Part shown: piece after piece, positions 18,627-26,693 of the stretch
How positions within the stretch are numbered: position 1 is the first letter of the stretch
Layout of the letters: the number at the start of each line of letters is the position of its first letter
Assembly (NCBI GenBank): GCA_038244685.1
Contig: JBBRTD010000001.1
Span: 259,569 to 323,568 of the forward strand
Length of the DNA: 64,000 nucleotides
Direction of reading: 5' to 3'
From: Minisyncoccia bacterium
Lineage (GTDB): Bacteria > Patescibacteriota > Minisyncoccia > Phycocordibacterales > UBA9973
Translations under genes and position numbers: made by a program
The notes under the pieces: generated by a model
The model's database searches: none
Told to the model about the DNA's origin: nothing
Seen by the model: the letters and a program-made list of their open reading frames with translations, nothing else

Positions 18627-20297
18627 ATGTCTAGAAAATCATTCATTAAAATAAGTTTAACCTTTGTAATAATTTTTAGTATTTTTTCTCTATTTCTAAA
18701 AACAACAAATGCGGCGGCTAAATATTTTTATTGGTTTATGGACGGTAACAATAAAATAGAATTAGGTGACGACAAAAAAGGGACTGGTTTTGATACTAAG
18801 GCTGCATGTGAAATACTTTTAAAAACCGTTGGGGCTGGTTTAACGAAAAGTCCGTCTTGTTATACAGGAGAGTTGGCAAAAGTAACGAGTATATCTCCAG
18901 CTATTGGAAAACCAGGTGATCTTGTCACGATAAGCGGAGATGGATTTAATTTTATTAAAAGCATCTCTTTTAATGGCGTAATTGCAGAGAAAGATGGAAT
19001 TATCTCAAGCACCCAAACAAAAATAATGGTTATAGTGCCATCGGGAGCGACTACTGGTGCTGTTACAATAACTACAACATATCGTGGAATAGCCAAAACT
19101 CCGGTTTTTACAATTAATACCGCTGGTTTATCCTGGTGGTTTACAAATGAAACAAAACAAGTTGTCGGAACTAAGGGAGTTCATGGTTTTCCGGGTTTTA
19201 CAACAAAAGAACTGTGCGAAACGGCTAAAATTCCATATAAAAGTAATATAACGAGTTCAGTTAGTGAATGTTTCCAAAAAACCGATGATGATATAAATAA
19301 ATTAATTGTTGCAGAACAAGAAGCTTCAAAAATATTTACAGATGAAGTTATAAATAAAGACGAGGCTGTTTCAGTAAAACCTCAAATAAATGCAGCCGAA
19401 AATAAAACAATTTATAAAATGCTTGCGCCAATTGGAAAAATAACTTGTATGGATTCAAGTGGAAAAGATAAAAATTGTATTGGAAATAATATAGGGGACT
19501 ACTTAAATGTAATTTTTAAAATTGCGATTGGCCTCTGCGCTGCTTTAGCAGTTATCATGCTTATAATTAGCGGTATTACATATATGGGAAATGAATCAGT
19601 CTTTGGAAAAACGGAAGCTAAGAGTAAAATGTTTTCTGCTATTCTTGGTTTAATTATTGCCCTAGGCTCATATGCATTACTTAATACCATTAATCCAGAC
19701 CTAACAGGAGTAAAAGGGCTTAATGTTAGTGCGGCTGAAATTCAAATATCTTCAGATGAAACTTCGACTGGTTCATCTACATCACTATGTTTATCAAGTA
19801 ATCCACCAAATCCTGATAGTGCAACAGGCACGAATATAACACTTAGTAATGAAATGATCAATGAGTATATTCCAGCAAGAAATCAGATCGTTGGATTATC
19901 AACAGGGACAAAATTATTAATAACTGCACAAACAGCAGTTGAGGGTTTTAAAAAGGGAACTAAGTCATACAGGACAAATAATCCTGGTAATATTGGAAAT
20001 ACTGATAATGGTGCGACGGTACCATATGCTTCGCTTGTGGACGGAATAAAAAAGCAACAAAGTATTATAACAAATGTGGCAACTAATAATGCAAAAAGTT
20101 ATAAAATTGGAGGAAAATCAATATGCGCCCTAGGAAGTGAAGTTTATAATGGATCTTTATATCAGTATTTAAGAATATATGCCACAGGCGCAAGAGTTGA
20201 TAATAATTATTTAAATGCTATTATTGGATATTTTAAATCTAATGGAAAAACAATAACAGCAAGAACAACAATTGCAGAGATATATGCTATAAATTAA
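18627..20297 (+). CDS. Secreted protein with an IPT/TIG-like domain, an internal pair of hydrophobic helices, and a C-terminal domain of unknown function.
   Basis: Signal peptide. IPT-like SISPAIGKPGDLVTISGDGF. Helix pair IAIGLCAALAVIMLIISGITY...ILGLIIALGSYALL. Confidence 0.6.
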   Translation: MSRKSFIKISLTFVIIFSIFSLFLKTTNAAAKYFYWFMDGNNKIELGDDKKGTGFDTKAACEILLKTVGAGLTKSPSCYTGELAKVTSISPAIGKPGDLVTISGDGFNFIKSISFNGVIAEKDGIISSTQTKIMVIVPSGATTGAVTITTTYRGIAKTPVFTINTAGLSWWFTNETKQVVGTKGVHGFPGFTTKELCETAKIPYKSNITSSVSECFQKTDDDINKLIVAEQEASKIFTDEVINKDEAVSVKPQINAAENKTIYKMLAPIGKITCMDSSGKDKNCIGNNIGDYLNVIFKIAIGLCAALAVIMLIISGITYMGNESVFGKTEAKSKMFSAILGLIIALGSYALLNTINPDLTGVKGLNVSAAEIQISSDETSTGSSTSLCLSSNPPNPDSATGTNITLSNEMINEYIPARNQIVGLSTGTKLLITAQTAVEGFKKGTKSYRTNNPGNIGNTDNGATVPYASLVDGIKKQQSIITNVATNNAKSYKIGGKSICALGSEVYNGSLYQYLRIYATGARVDNNYLNAIIGYFKSNGKTITARTTIAEIYAIN

Positions 20298-20302
20298 TTA
20301 AT

Positions 20303-21601
20303 ATGCCTCAAAAAACAAAAATCATTTTTATATTAGTCTTTATAAGTGTCGGAGTTATTATGCTCGGTGTGTATTTGTATAATGTCAAAAATAAAATAAA
20401 TACCGATGGAAGTAAAACAAGTCTAGCTCAGAAATTTAATCCTTTTGGAACAAGCTCAAAAAATACAGACATAAAACCCACCACAACAACAGAAACAGAA
20501 AACAATACAACAAATACCGAAGTAAAAGCTGGAAATTTATCTAATTTTACCAAAATAACAGACTTTGCAGTTGCTGGTGCTTCGTTTTTTGAAGACACGA
20601 GACCCCTTCCTCCCAAAGAGGCAGTAGAAGAAGTAGCAATAGTAGGAATCAAAAAAGCGACAAAAACCCCCGCAAAAGCAGAACCTACTTCTGAAATAGT
20701 TCCATCAATCAGATATGTAGAGAAAGCGACCGGCCATGTTTATCAAATGTATTTAGACACAAGAATAATAGGCAAGATATCAAATTCAACAATTCCAGGT
20801 GTCTATGAGACTCTTTTTGATGGCAAAGCAAGCTCAATCATCTATCGATACCCATCATCAGATAATAAATCGATTACGAGCTTCCTAGCGTCTCTTGGAG
20901 GCAAGAGTAGTAACTTCTTGAGTAATGATATTTTAGATATTAGTCTTTCTCCAGATAAAAGTAGTTTCTTTTCAATTATTAAAAATACAAAAGGAGTTAC
21001 AGGAGTTACTAAATCTTTTGATGAAACAAAAACAAATCAAGTTTTCACTTCTTCTTTCTCTGAATGGTTATCTCAATGGGTAACAACTCAAAATGTATTT
21101 TTAACAACCAAACCATCTTATATGGCAGAGGGGAGTGTCTATAGCTTAAATATTAAAAATGGAATCATCTCTAAAATTTTTGGTGGAATACCAGGGCTTA
21201 CAACTCTATCAAATAATGATGGAACCACTATATTGTATGGGGCATCATTAAATACAGGACCAGAGCTAAACATTTTTAATATAAAAGATCATACTTCTGC
21301 TGACTTAGATACTTATGGGTTACCAGAAAAATGTGTTTGGAGTATAGACAATATAAATGTTTACTGTGCTGTTCCAAATACAATAATAGGAACACAATAT
21401 CCTGACTCTTGGTATCAAGGATTAGTATCTTTTGATGATAAATTTATAAAAATAAACACCGCGACCAAAGAAATTACAACCTTGGCTAATTCCTCAAGTG
21501 AAATCCCAGTTGATGGTATTAAATTATTCTTAAGTAAAGCTGAAAATAAACTATTCTTCTTAAATAAAAAGGATTACAGCTTGTGGAGTTTAGACCTTTA
21601 A
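20303..21601 (+). CDS. Membrane-anchored hypothetical protein with an N-terminal transmembrane helix and a beta-rich extracellular part.
   Basis: N-terminal hydrophobic helix. No catalytic motif recognised. Confidence 0.55.
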   Translation: MPQKTKIIFILVFISVGVIMLGVYLYNVKNKINTDGSKTSLAQKFNPFGTSSKNTDIKPTTTTETENNTTNTEVKAGNLSNFTKITDFAVAGASFFEDTRPLPPKEAVEEVAIVGIKKATKTPAKAEPTSEIVPSIRYVEKATGHVYQMYLDTRIIGKISNSTIPGVYETLFDGKASSIIYRYPSSDNKSITSFLASLGGKSSNFLSNDILDISLSPDKSSFFSIIKNTKGVTGVTKSFDETKTNQVFTSSFSEWLSQWVTTQNVFLTTKPSYMAEGSVYSLNIKNGIISKIFGGIPGLTTLSNNDGTTILYGASLNTGPELNIFNIKDHTSADLDTYGLPEKCVWSIDNINVYCAVPNTIIGTQYPDSWYQGLVSFDDKFIKINTATKEITTLANSSSEIPVDGIKLFLSKAENKLFFLNKKDYSLWSLDL

Positions 21602-21610
21602 TAACTTGTA

Positions 21611-21645
21611 AAAAATGCACAACCGTTTGGTTGTGCATTTTTTTA
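21611..21645. terminator. Bidirectional intrinsic terminator between convergent genes.
   Basis: tgcacaacc-gttt-ggttgtgca followed by T8, preceded by an A-tract. Confidence 0.7.
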
Positions 21646-21656
21646 ATTTGTGAATA

Positions 21657-22124
21657 TTAACTATTTATATCTCCGGTATATTTTATAATAACTCTTCTGG
21701 CTGGTCCGTATCCTTCTGATTCAGTCTTAATGTCTGGAATATTTTCTAAAAACATGTGAATAATACGTCTTTCATTGGCTGGCATAGGGTCAATTTCTAT
21801 ATTACTTTTAAAATACTTAGCACGTTCAGCCATCATATGTGCAATATTTTTTAAATTATCAAATCTTTTCTTTTGATAACCGTTTACATCTACAAAAATG
21901 TTAGAAATTTCTTCTTGACCCGATGTTTTTTCGGCAATCTTTCGGACTAAATGGTTTAAAGATCTAAGTGTTTCTCCTTCGCGCCCAATCATGAATCTAG
22001 AATCTGGGGTCTCAATCATGCACCAAAGCATTCCACTTTCAAGTGATATTTCAAGTTTTGAAATAGTACAAGCGGTGTGTGTAAAAATATTTTCAATTAT
22101 TGATTTAAGGATTTCTTGGTCCAT
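21657..22124 (-). CDS. jag: Jag/KhpB-like RNA-binding protein with KH and R3H domains.
   Basis: C-terminal R3H-like GYGPARRVIIKY. Position downstream of yidC in the conserved rpmH-rnpA-yidD-yidC-jag operon. Confidence 0.75.
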   Translation of the reverse strand: MDQEILKSIIENIFTHTACTISKLEISLESGMLWCMIETPDSRFMIGREGETLRSLNHLVRKIAEKTSGQEEISNIFVDVNGYQKKRFDNLKNIAHMMAERAKYFKSNIEIDPMPANERRIIHMFLENIPDIKTESEGYGPARRVIIKYTGDINS

Positions 22125-22130
22125 ATAAAT

Positions 22131-22883
22131 TTATTTATTTTCTAATGTTCTACGGATATACCACTCCTGAACAATAGTAAATATATTACTTGTAACAAAA
22201 TATAGGGCAACCGCGGCGGATATTTGCCAGGATATAAAGGTAATAAAAATTGGCAAAATGTATTTAATATTCATTTGCATACTACTTGAAATTTCATCTT
22301 GAAAAGATTTTGGTTCATTACTTGGAATTTCTTTCACTACTTCTACCTTAGGCTTAACAGGGGAAGCTAAGTAGCCTTGAATAAATTGTGTAATACCAGC
22401 CAGTAGGGCCAGAATAACGCTCTTGCTGCCTATTTCTATAAAGCCCAAGAAATTAGTATGAAGAACTGTCGGCTTAGCTAAGAATGAATAAATAAGGGTT
22501 GGGTCTAATTTTAATCCTTTTAAAAAGACATAGTATAAAGCAATAATTATCGGAAGCTGAATTATAACAACAAGACAACCAGAAAAAGGGTTTGTGCCGT
22601 ATTTTTTATATAATTCAAAGGTTTTTTTGGCTTGTTCTTCCTTGTTAGGAAAATTCTTCTTAATGAGCTTAATTTCTGGCTCCATCTTCTTCATAAGAAT
22701 CTGACTTTTAATAGACTTCTTAGTAAGAGGGTAGAGGATAAATTTAACAACAATGGTTACTACTATAATTGCAAAACCAACATCACCAAAAGTAATATTG
22801 TTAATAGCAAAAATAAGGATATTATAAATTGGCTGATAAAAAATGGTATTCCATAGTGATGACATTGCTCCATTGTATATCAA
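22131..22883 (-). CDS. yidC: YidC/Oxa1-family membrane protein insertase, short form.
   Basis: Polytopic 250-aa membrane protein in conserved operon context. Confidence 0.8.
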   Translation of the reverse strand: MIYNGAMSSLWNTIFYQPIYNILIFAINNITFGDVGFAIIVVTIVVKFILYPLTKKSIKSQILMKKMEPEIKLIKKNFPNKEEQAKKTFELYKKYGTNPFSGCLVVIIQLPIIIALYYVFLKGLKLDPTLIYSFLAKPTVLHTNFLGFIEIGSKSVILALLAGITQFIQGYLASPVKPKVEVVKEIPSNEPKSFQDEISSSMQMNIKYILPIFITFISWQISAAVALYFVTSNIFTIVQEWYIRRTLENK

Positions 22884-22906
22884 AAAAGTATAAAATCCAA
22901 GAAATA

Positions 22907-23113
22907 TTATTTAAGAGGGTCAAAGTGTTCTTTCTGCCAAGGATGACATCTAATTATTCTTTTTAAACCCATAAAAATACCAATAAATGAACCATATTTC
23001 TGTATGGCTTGCTTGGTATATTCTGAACAAGTTGGCAAAAAAACACAAGAATTATGACTTCTGGAAGGTATTTTTTGATATATATCAATAAGTTTAATTA
23101 AAAACCTTTTCAT
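22907..23113 (-). CDS. yidD: Membrane protein insertion efficiency factor YidD.
   Basis: Motif CVFLPTCSEY...RIIRCHPW. Confidence 0.85.
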   Translation of the reverse strand: MKRFLIKLIDIYQKIPSRSHNSCVFLPTCSEYTKQAIQKYGSFIGIFMGLKRIIRCHPWQKEHFDPLK

Positions 23114-23434
23114 TTATATGATTTTAGCTTTTTTTAATAGAAAATCTAAATCTTTTTTTAAATCAGAAAGAGGAACACTTATTGCTTCTTTCTTGTAGAA
23201 GAAAATACCAACATTTATCTTTGGATCATACGAGCGGAGCAAATTATAACCCTTTCTACGAAGGGAATTACGCAAAACAGCTGTTTTGGCTATCTTTTTT
23301 GGGGCAACAAATGAATACTGAGGGTGGTCTTGTTTTTGATAACGCAACACAAAAAACGAGCCAGAAACGATATTTCCTTTGGCCATAAGGTCTTGGAACA
23401 TCTCTTTGGTGACTCGCTTGTTTTTTGAAAGCAT
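23114..23434 (-). CDS. rnpA: RNase P protein component.
   Basis: Basic 106-aa protein between rpmH and yidD. Its stop abuts the yidD start. Confidence 0.8.
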   Translation of the reverse strand: MLSKNKRVTKEMFQDLMAKGNIVSGSFFVLRYQKQDHPQYSFVAPKKIAKTAVLRNSLRRKGYNLLRSYDPKINVGIFFYKKEAISVPLSDLKKDLDFLLKKAKII

Positions 23435-23436
23435 AA

Positions 23437-23577
23437 TTATTTCGCAATTGATACCTTTGCACGTCCTTTTTGACGACGGGCCTGAGTAACCTTTTTACCA
23501 CCTGGGGTTTTTGCGCGAACTAAGAATCCATGAGTTTTAGCTCTTTTTCTCTTATTTGGTTGATATGTTAGAGACAT
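23437..23577 (-). CDS. rpmH: 50S ribosomal protein L34. Not present in the ORF track (46 aa).
   Basis: Minus-strand translation [46 protein letters not shown] matches the L34 consensus. Its stop lies 3 nt from the rnpA start. Confidence 0.85.
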   Translation of the reverse strand: MSLTYQPNKRKRAKTHGFLVRAKTPGGKKVTQARRQKGRAKVSIAK

Positions 23578-23730
23578 ACAGAAAATATATACTAAAATGA
23601 CCAATAAAGCAATATGTTAGGACAATAAGCTTCCCCCGTATAGGAGTTTAAATATATAGACTAACTCATAAATTTATAGCCAAAAACATATACACATGTT
23701 ATTAACAGCTTAATTAAGGTATTAAATTAT

Positions 23731-23756
23731 TGTGTTTTTAAAAACACAGGTATAAT
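23731..23756 (+). promoter_or_regulatory. dnaA promoter: perfect 18-bp palindrome TGTGTTTTTAAAAACACA immediately followed by a TATAAT -10 box. Possible operator.
   Basis: Palindrome at 23731..23748 and TATAAT at 23751..23756. The -10 overlaps the first in-frame ATG (23755). Confidence 0.4.
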
Positions 23757-23763
23757 GGGACTT

Positions 23764-25113
23764 ATGAACACACAAGAACTCTGGGAAAAATGTCTTTCGG
23801 AAGTAGAATTAAGTATATCAAAGGCTAATTTCACAACTTGGTTTAAAAATACATCTATTGTTAAAGAAGAAAGCGGTACTTTATACATTGGAGTTCCAAA
23901 TGAATTTGTAAAAGACTGGCTATATAATAAATTTCATAAATTAATACTAAAAACTCTTATCGGGCACGAAGAGGGTGTTCGTAGTATTGAATACATCATA
24001 CACAAGAATGAAATTGTAAATAAAAGTATTGAAATCTCAAATACAAAACAAATAAGCGCGAATAAAGAATTACCACTAAGTGATCTTTATTTAAACAAAG
24101 AAGACAACCTAAACCCTAAATATAACTTTAATTCTTTTATTGTTGGACCTTTTAATGAATTAGCCTATGCTGTTGCCCAGGCTATTATCACAAACCCCGG
24201 CCAAAATTATAATCCTTTCTTTATTTACGGAGGAACAGGTCTTGGAAAAACACACATGATCCAGGCAATAGGGAATACCATAAAAATAAAACATCCAAAT
24301 AAGAAAATTTATTATGTTTCATTGGAGCGCTTTGCTATTGATTATATAAATTCTATTCAAAATAAAAATCCAAACTCATTTAAAGAAAAATATCGCAAAT
24401 ATGATGTTATTATAATGGACGATATTCAATTTATCTCCGGTAAAGACAAAACACAAGAAGAACTCTTCCATCTCTTCAATACGCTTTATGAAAGCAACAA
24501 ACAAATTATTTTTTCTTCAGATAAACACCCTAACTTTATACAAGGATTAGAAGAAAGATTGCAGTCCCGATTTGCCTCCGGAATGACAGTTCAAATTGTT
24601 GAACCAGATTATGAATCAAGAGTTGCCATTATTAAGGCCAAATTTGAATCAACAAATTCAATAATTGATAATGAAATCGTTTCTTATTTAGCCGAAATAT
24701 TAGAAGGTAATATTCGTGAATTAGAAGGAAGCTTAAATACAATAATTTGTCAGTCCCAACTTAAAAATAAAACGTTATCATTAAATGAAATAAAAATTCT
24801 AATAAAGAACAATATTAAACCTAAAAAAACCGTTGCAATTAAAGATATTGTCTGTATTATTGCAAATCATTATGGTATTTCAGAAGAGGTTATTTATGAA
24901 AAGACACGCCGTAAGGAAATAGTAAAAGCGAGACAAGTGGCAATGTATATACTACGTGAAGATTTTAATATATCTTATCCGTTAATAGGAAGTAAGTTGG
25001 GGGGAAGAGATCACACAACAGCAATACACTCTCATTTAAAAATTAAAGAAGATTTAAAAACAGACCCAGCATTATTACAAGAAATAGAAAAAATAAGAAT
25101 CATGTTTAAATAG
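23764..25113 (+). CDS. dnaA: Chromosomal replication initiator DnaA. Start placed at the second ATG because the first is embedded in the -10 box.
   Basis: N-terminus MNTQELWEKCL...TWFKNTSI matches the DnaA N-domain pattern. Walker A GGTGLGKTH. Helix-turn-helix DnaA-box-binding C-terminus. Confidence 0.9.
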   Translation: MNTQELWEKCLSEVELSISKANFTTWFKNTSIVKEESGTLYIGVPNEFVKDWLYNKFHKLILKTLIGHEEGVRSIEYIIHKNEIVNKSIEISNTKQISANKELPLSDLYLNKEDNLNPKYNFNSFIVGPFNELAYAVAQAIITNPGQNYNPFFIYGGTGLGKTHMIQAIGNTIKIKHPNKKIYYVSLERFAIDYINSIQNKNPNSFKEKYRKYDVIIMDDIQFISGKDKTQEELFHLFNTLYESNKQIIFSSDKHPNFIQGLEERLQSRFASGMTVQIVEPDYESRVAIIKAKFESTNSIIDNEIVSYLAEILEGNIRELEGSLNTIICQSQLKNKTLSLNEIKILIKNNIKPKKTVAIKDIVCIIANHYGISEEVIYEKTRRKEIVKARQVAMYILREDFNISYPLIGSKLGGRDHTTAIHSHLKIKEDLKTDPALLQEIEKIRIMFK

Positions 25114-25330
25114 TTTAATAAGTATGTGTATAAAGTGTGTTTGAAAAAATAAAAAATGTGGAAAACTATAGTTAAAAGAAATAAGTGTTTATTTATTCGA
25201 AAATTATTAAATTTTAAAAAAATAAAAAATGAGAATAACACAATTAAGATAAGGGTTTAAAAGTTATACACATATTCACACCCATAGTAATAGTAATAAA
25301 TTATATTAATAGATTAATTATAAAAACACC
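25114..25330. other. Candidate oriC: an AT-rich dnaA-dnaN intergenic region with three 8/9 matches to the DnaA box.
   Basis: tgtgtataa (25126..25134), tgtggaaaa (25157..25165) and ttatacaca (25264..25272) against the consensus TTATCCACA/TGTGGATAA. A/T homopolymer tracts. Confidence 0.4.
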
Positions 25331-26428
25331 ATGAAGTTAGAATGCTCAATAGAAAAAATTAAAAATGCACTTATGACAGTAGACAGAATAACTGGTAAAA
25401 ATTTAACACTGCCGGTTTTAGGTTCTGTTCTTTGGGTAGCAACAGGAAAAACCTTAAAACTCCGTGCAACTAATTTGAATATTGGAATTGAAATAGAAGT
25501 TCCAGCTAAAATTGAAAAAGAGGGTGTTGTTGCTATAAGGAGTGATATTTTATCGTCTTTGTTTTCTGTCTTGTCTGGAGATTCAATTGTTTCTTTTGAA
25601 TTAATTAATGATAATCTTTCTGTTAAAACAAAATCAAATACTATTATTTTAAAAAGTATTCCAAGTGAAGATTTTCCAACTATTCCAATTGTAGAAGGTG
25701 AAGAATTAATGATTCCAGCAAAAAAATTTCTAGAAGGCATAAAGTCTGTTTATTACAGTGCTTCAATTTCTGAAATTAAACCAGAAATAGGAAGTGTTTA
25801 TATTTATCCAGAAGATGACCTTCTTATTTTTGTTGCTACTGATTCTTTTAGATTGGCAGAGAAAAAAGTTAAGATTAAACAAAAGTTATCTTTTGGAGGA
25901 ATTTTAATTCCATTCAAAAACACAGCAGAAATTATTAAAGTTTTAGATGGCATTGAGGGTGATGTAAAAATAAATCTCCAGAAAAACCAAATATCATTTT
26001 CTACGTCAAATATTTATTTAACATCAAGAATTATAGACGGTTCTTTCCCCGACTATAAACAAATAATACCAAAAACATATACAACCGAAATTACTCTTTT
26101 AAAGCAAGATTTTATTTCATCACTAAAAGTTTCAAACGTTTTTTCTGATAAGTTGAATCAAGTTACTTTTAATATTAAGCCGGGCGAAAGAGTTTTTGAA
26201 ATAGAAGCTAAAAATACCGATGTGGGTGAAAATATTACGCTCATAACAGCGGCTATGACAGGCGAAAGTATTGCTTTAAATTTTAATTATAAATATATTA
26301 TAGATTGTTTTATGTCCATAACTGCCGACTCTCTTGTCCTTCAGTTTAATGGAAGCAATAGACCGATGATAATAAAACCAATAGGGGACTCATCTTTCAT
26401 GTATTTAGTTATGCCTATGAATAGATAA
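25331..26428 (+). CDS. dnaN: DNA polymerase III beta sliding clamp.
   Basis: 365 aa immediately downstream of dnaA. Three-domain clamp-like N-terminus. Confidence 0.9.
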   Translation: MKLECSIEKIKNALMTVDRITGKNLTLPVLGSVLWVATGKTLKLRATNLNIGIEIEVPAKIEKEGVVAIRSDILSSLFSVLSGDSIVSFELINDNLSVKTKSNTIILKSIPSEDFPTIPIVEGEELMIPAKKFLEGIKSVYYSASISEIKPEIGSVYIYPEDDLLIFVATDSFRLAEKKVKIKQKLSFGGILIPFKNTAEIIKVLDGIEGDVKINLQKNQISFSTSNIYLTSRIIDGSFPDYKQIIPKTYTTEITLLKQDFISSLKVSNVFSDKLNQVTFNIKPGERVFEIEAKNTDVGENITLITAAMTGESIALNFNYKYIIDCFMSITADSLVLQFNGSNRPMIIKPIGDSSFMYLVMPMNR

Positions 26429-26429
26429 T

Positions 26430-26693
26430 ATGGATTACAACCAGATTAAGGATTATTTAGATAAGTTTAAATTTCTTCTTTTTTCTAAAGAAGAAATATA
26501 TCAAATAGTTTCTAGTGTTATCGAAGATAATATTTCTATAAAAATTGATATAAAATTTATTCAAATAAAACCTCCTTTTATCTACATAAAAGCCTCACCC
26601 ATTGTTCGTGGTGAAATTTTAATGAAAAAAGATAAAATATTAAAAGATATATTTTTACTGTCTCCTAATTGTAATTTAAAAGATATAAAATAG
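26430..26693 (+). CDS. Small hypothetical protein downstream of dnaN. Possibly a DUF721/DciA-like or S4-like protein, unverified.
   Basis: Position only. No motif recognised. Confidence 0.35.
   Translation: MDYNQIKDYLDKFKFLLFSKEEIYQIVSSVIEDNISIKIDIKFIQIKPPFIYIKASPIVRGEILMKKDKILKDIFLLSPNCNLKDIK

Noticed and set aside
23578-23754. oriC upstream of dnaA (rpmH-dnaA spacer).
   Set aside because: Only weak DnaA-box matches are visible there. The dnaA-dnaN spacer has three 8/9 boxes and stronger AT tracts, so that one is preferred. This spacer is kept as the dnaA promoter/operator region.
26430-26693. DciA/DUF721 helicase-loader assignment for the small ORF after dnaN.
   Set aside because: The position is suggestive but no motif can be verified by eye. 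Kept as hypothetical with low confidence.
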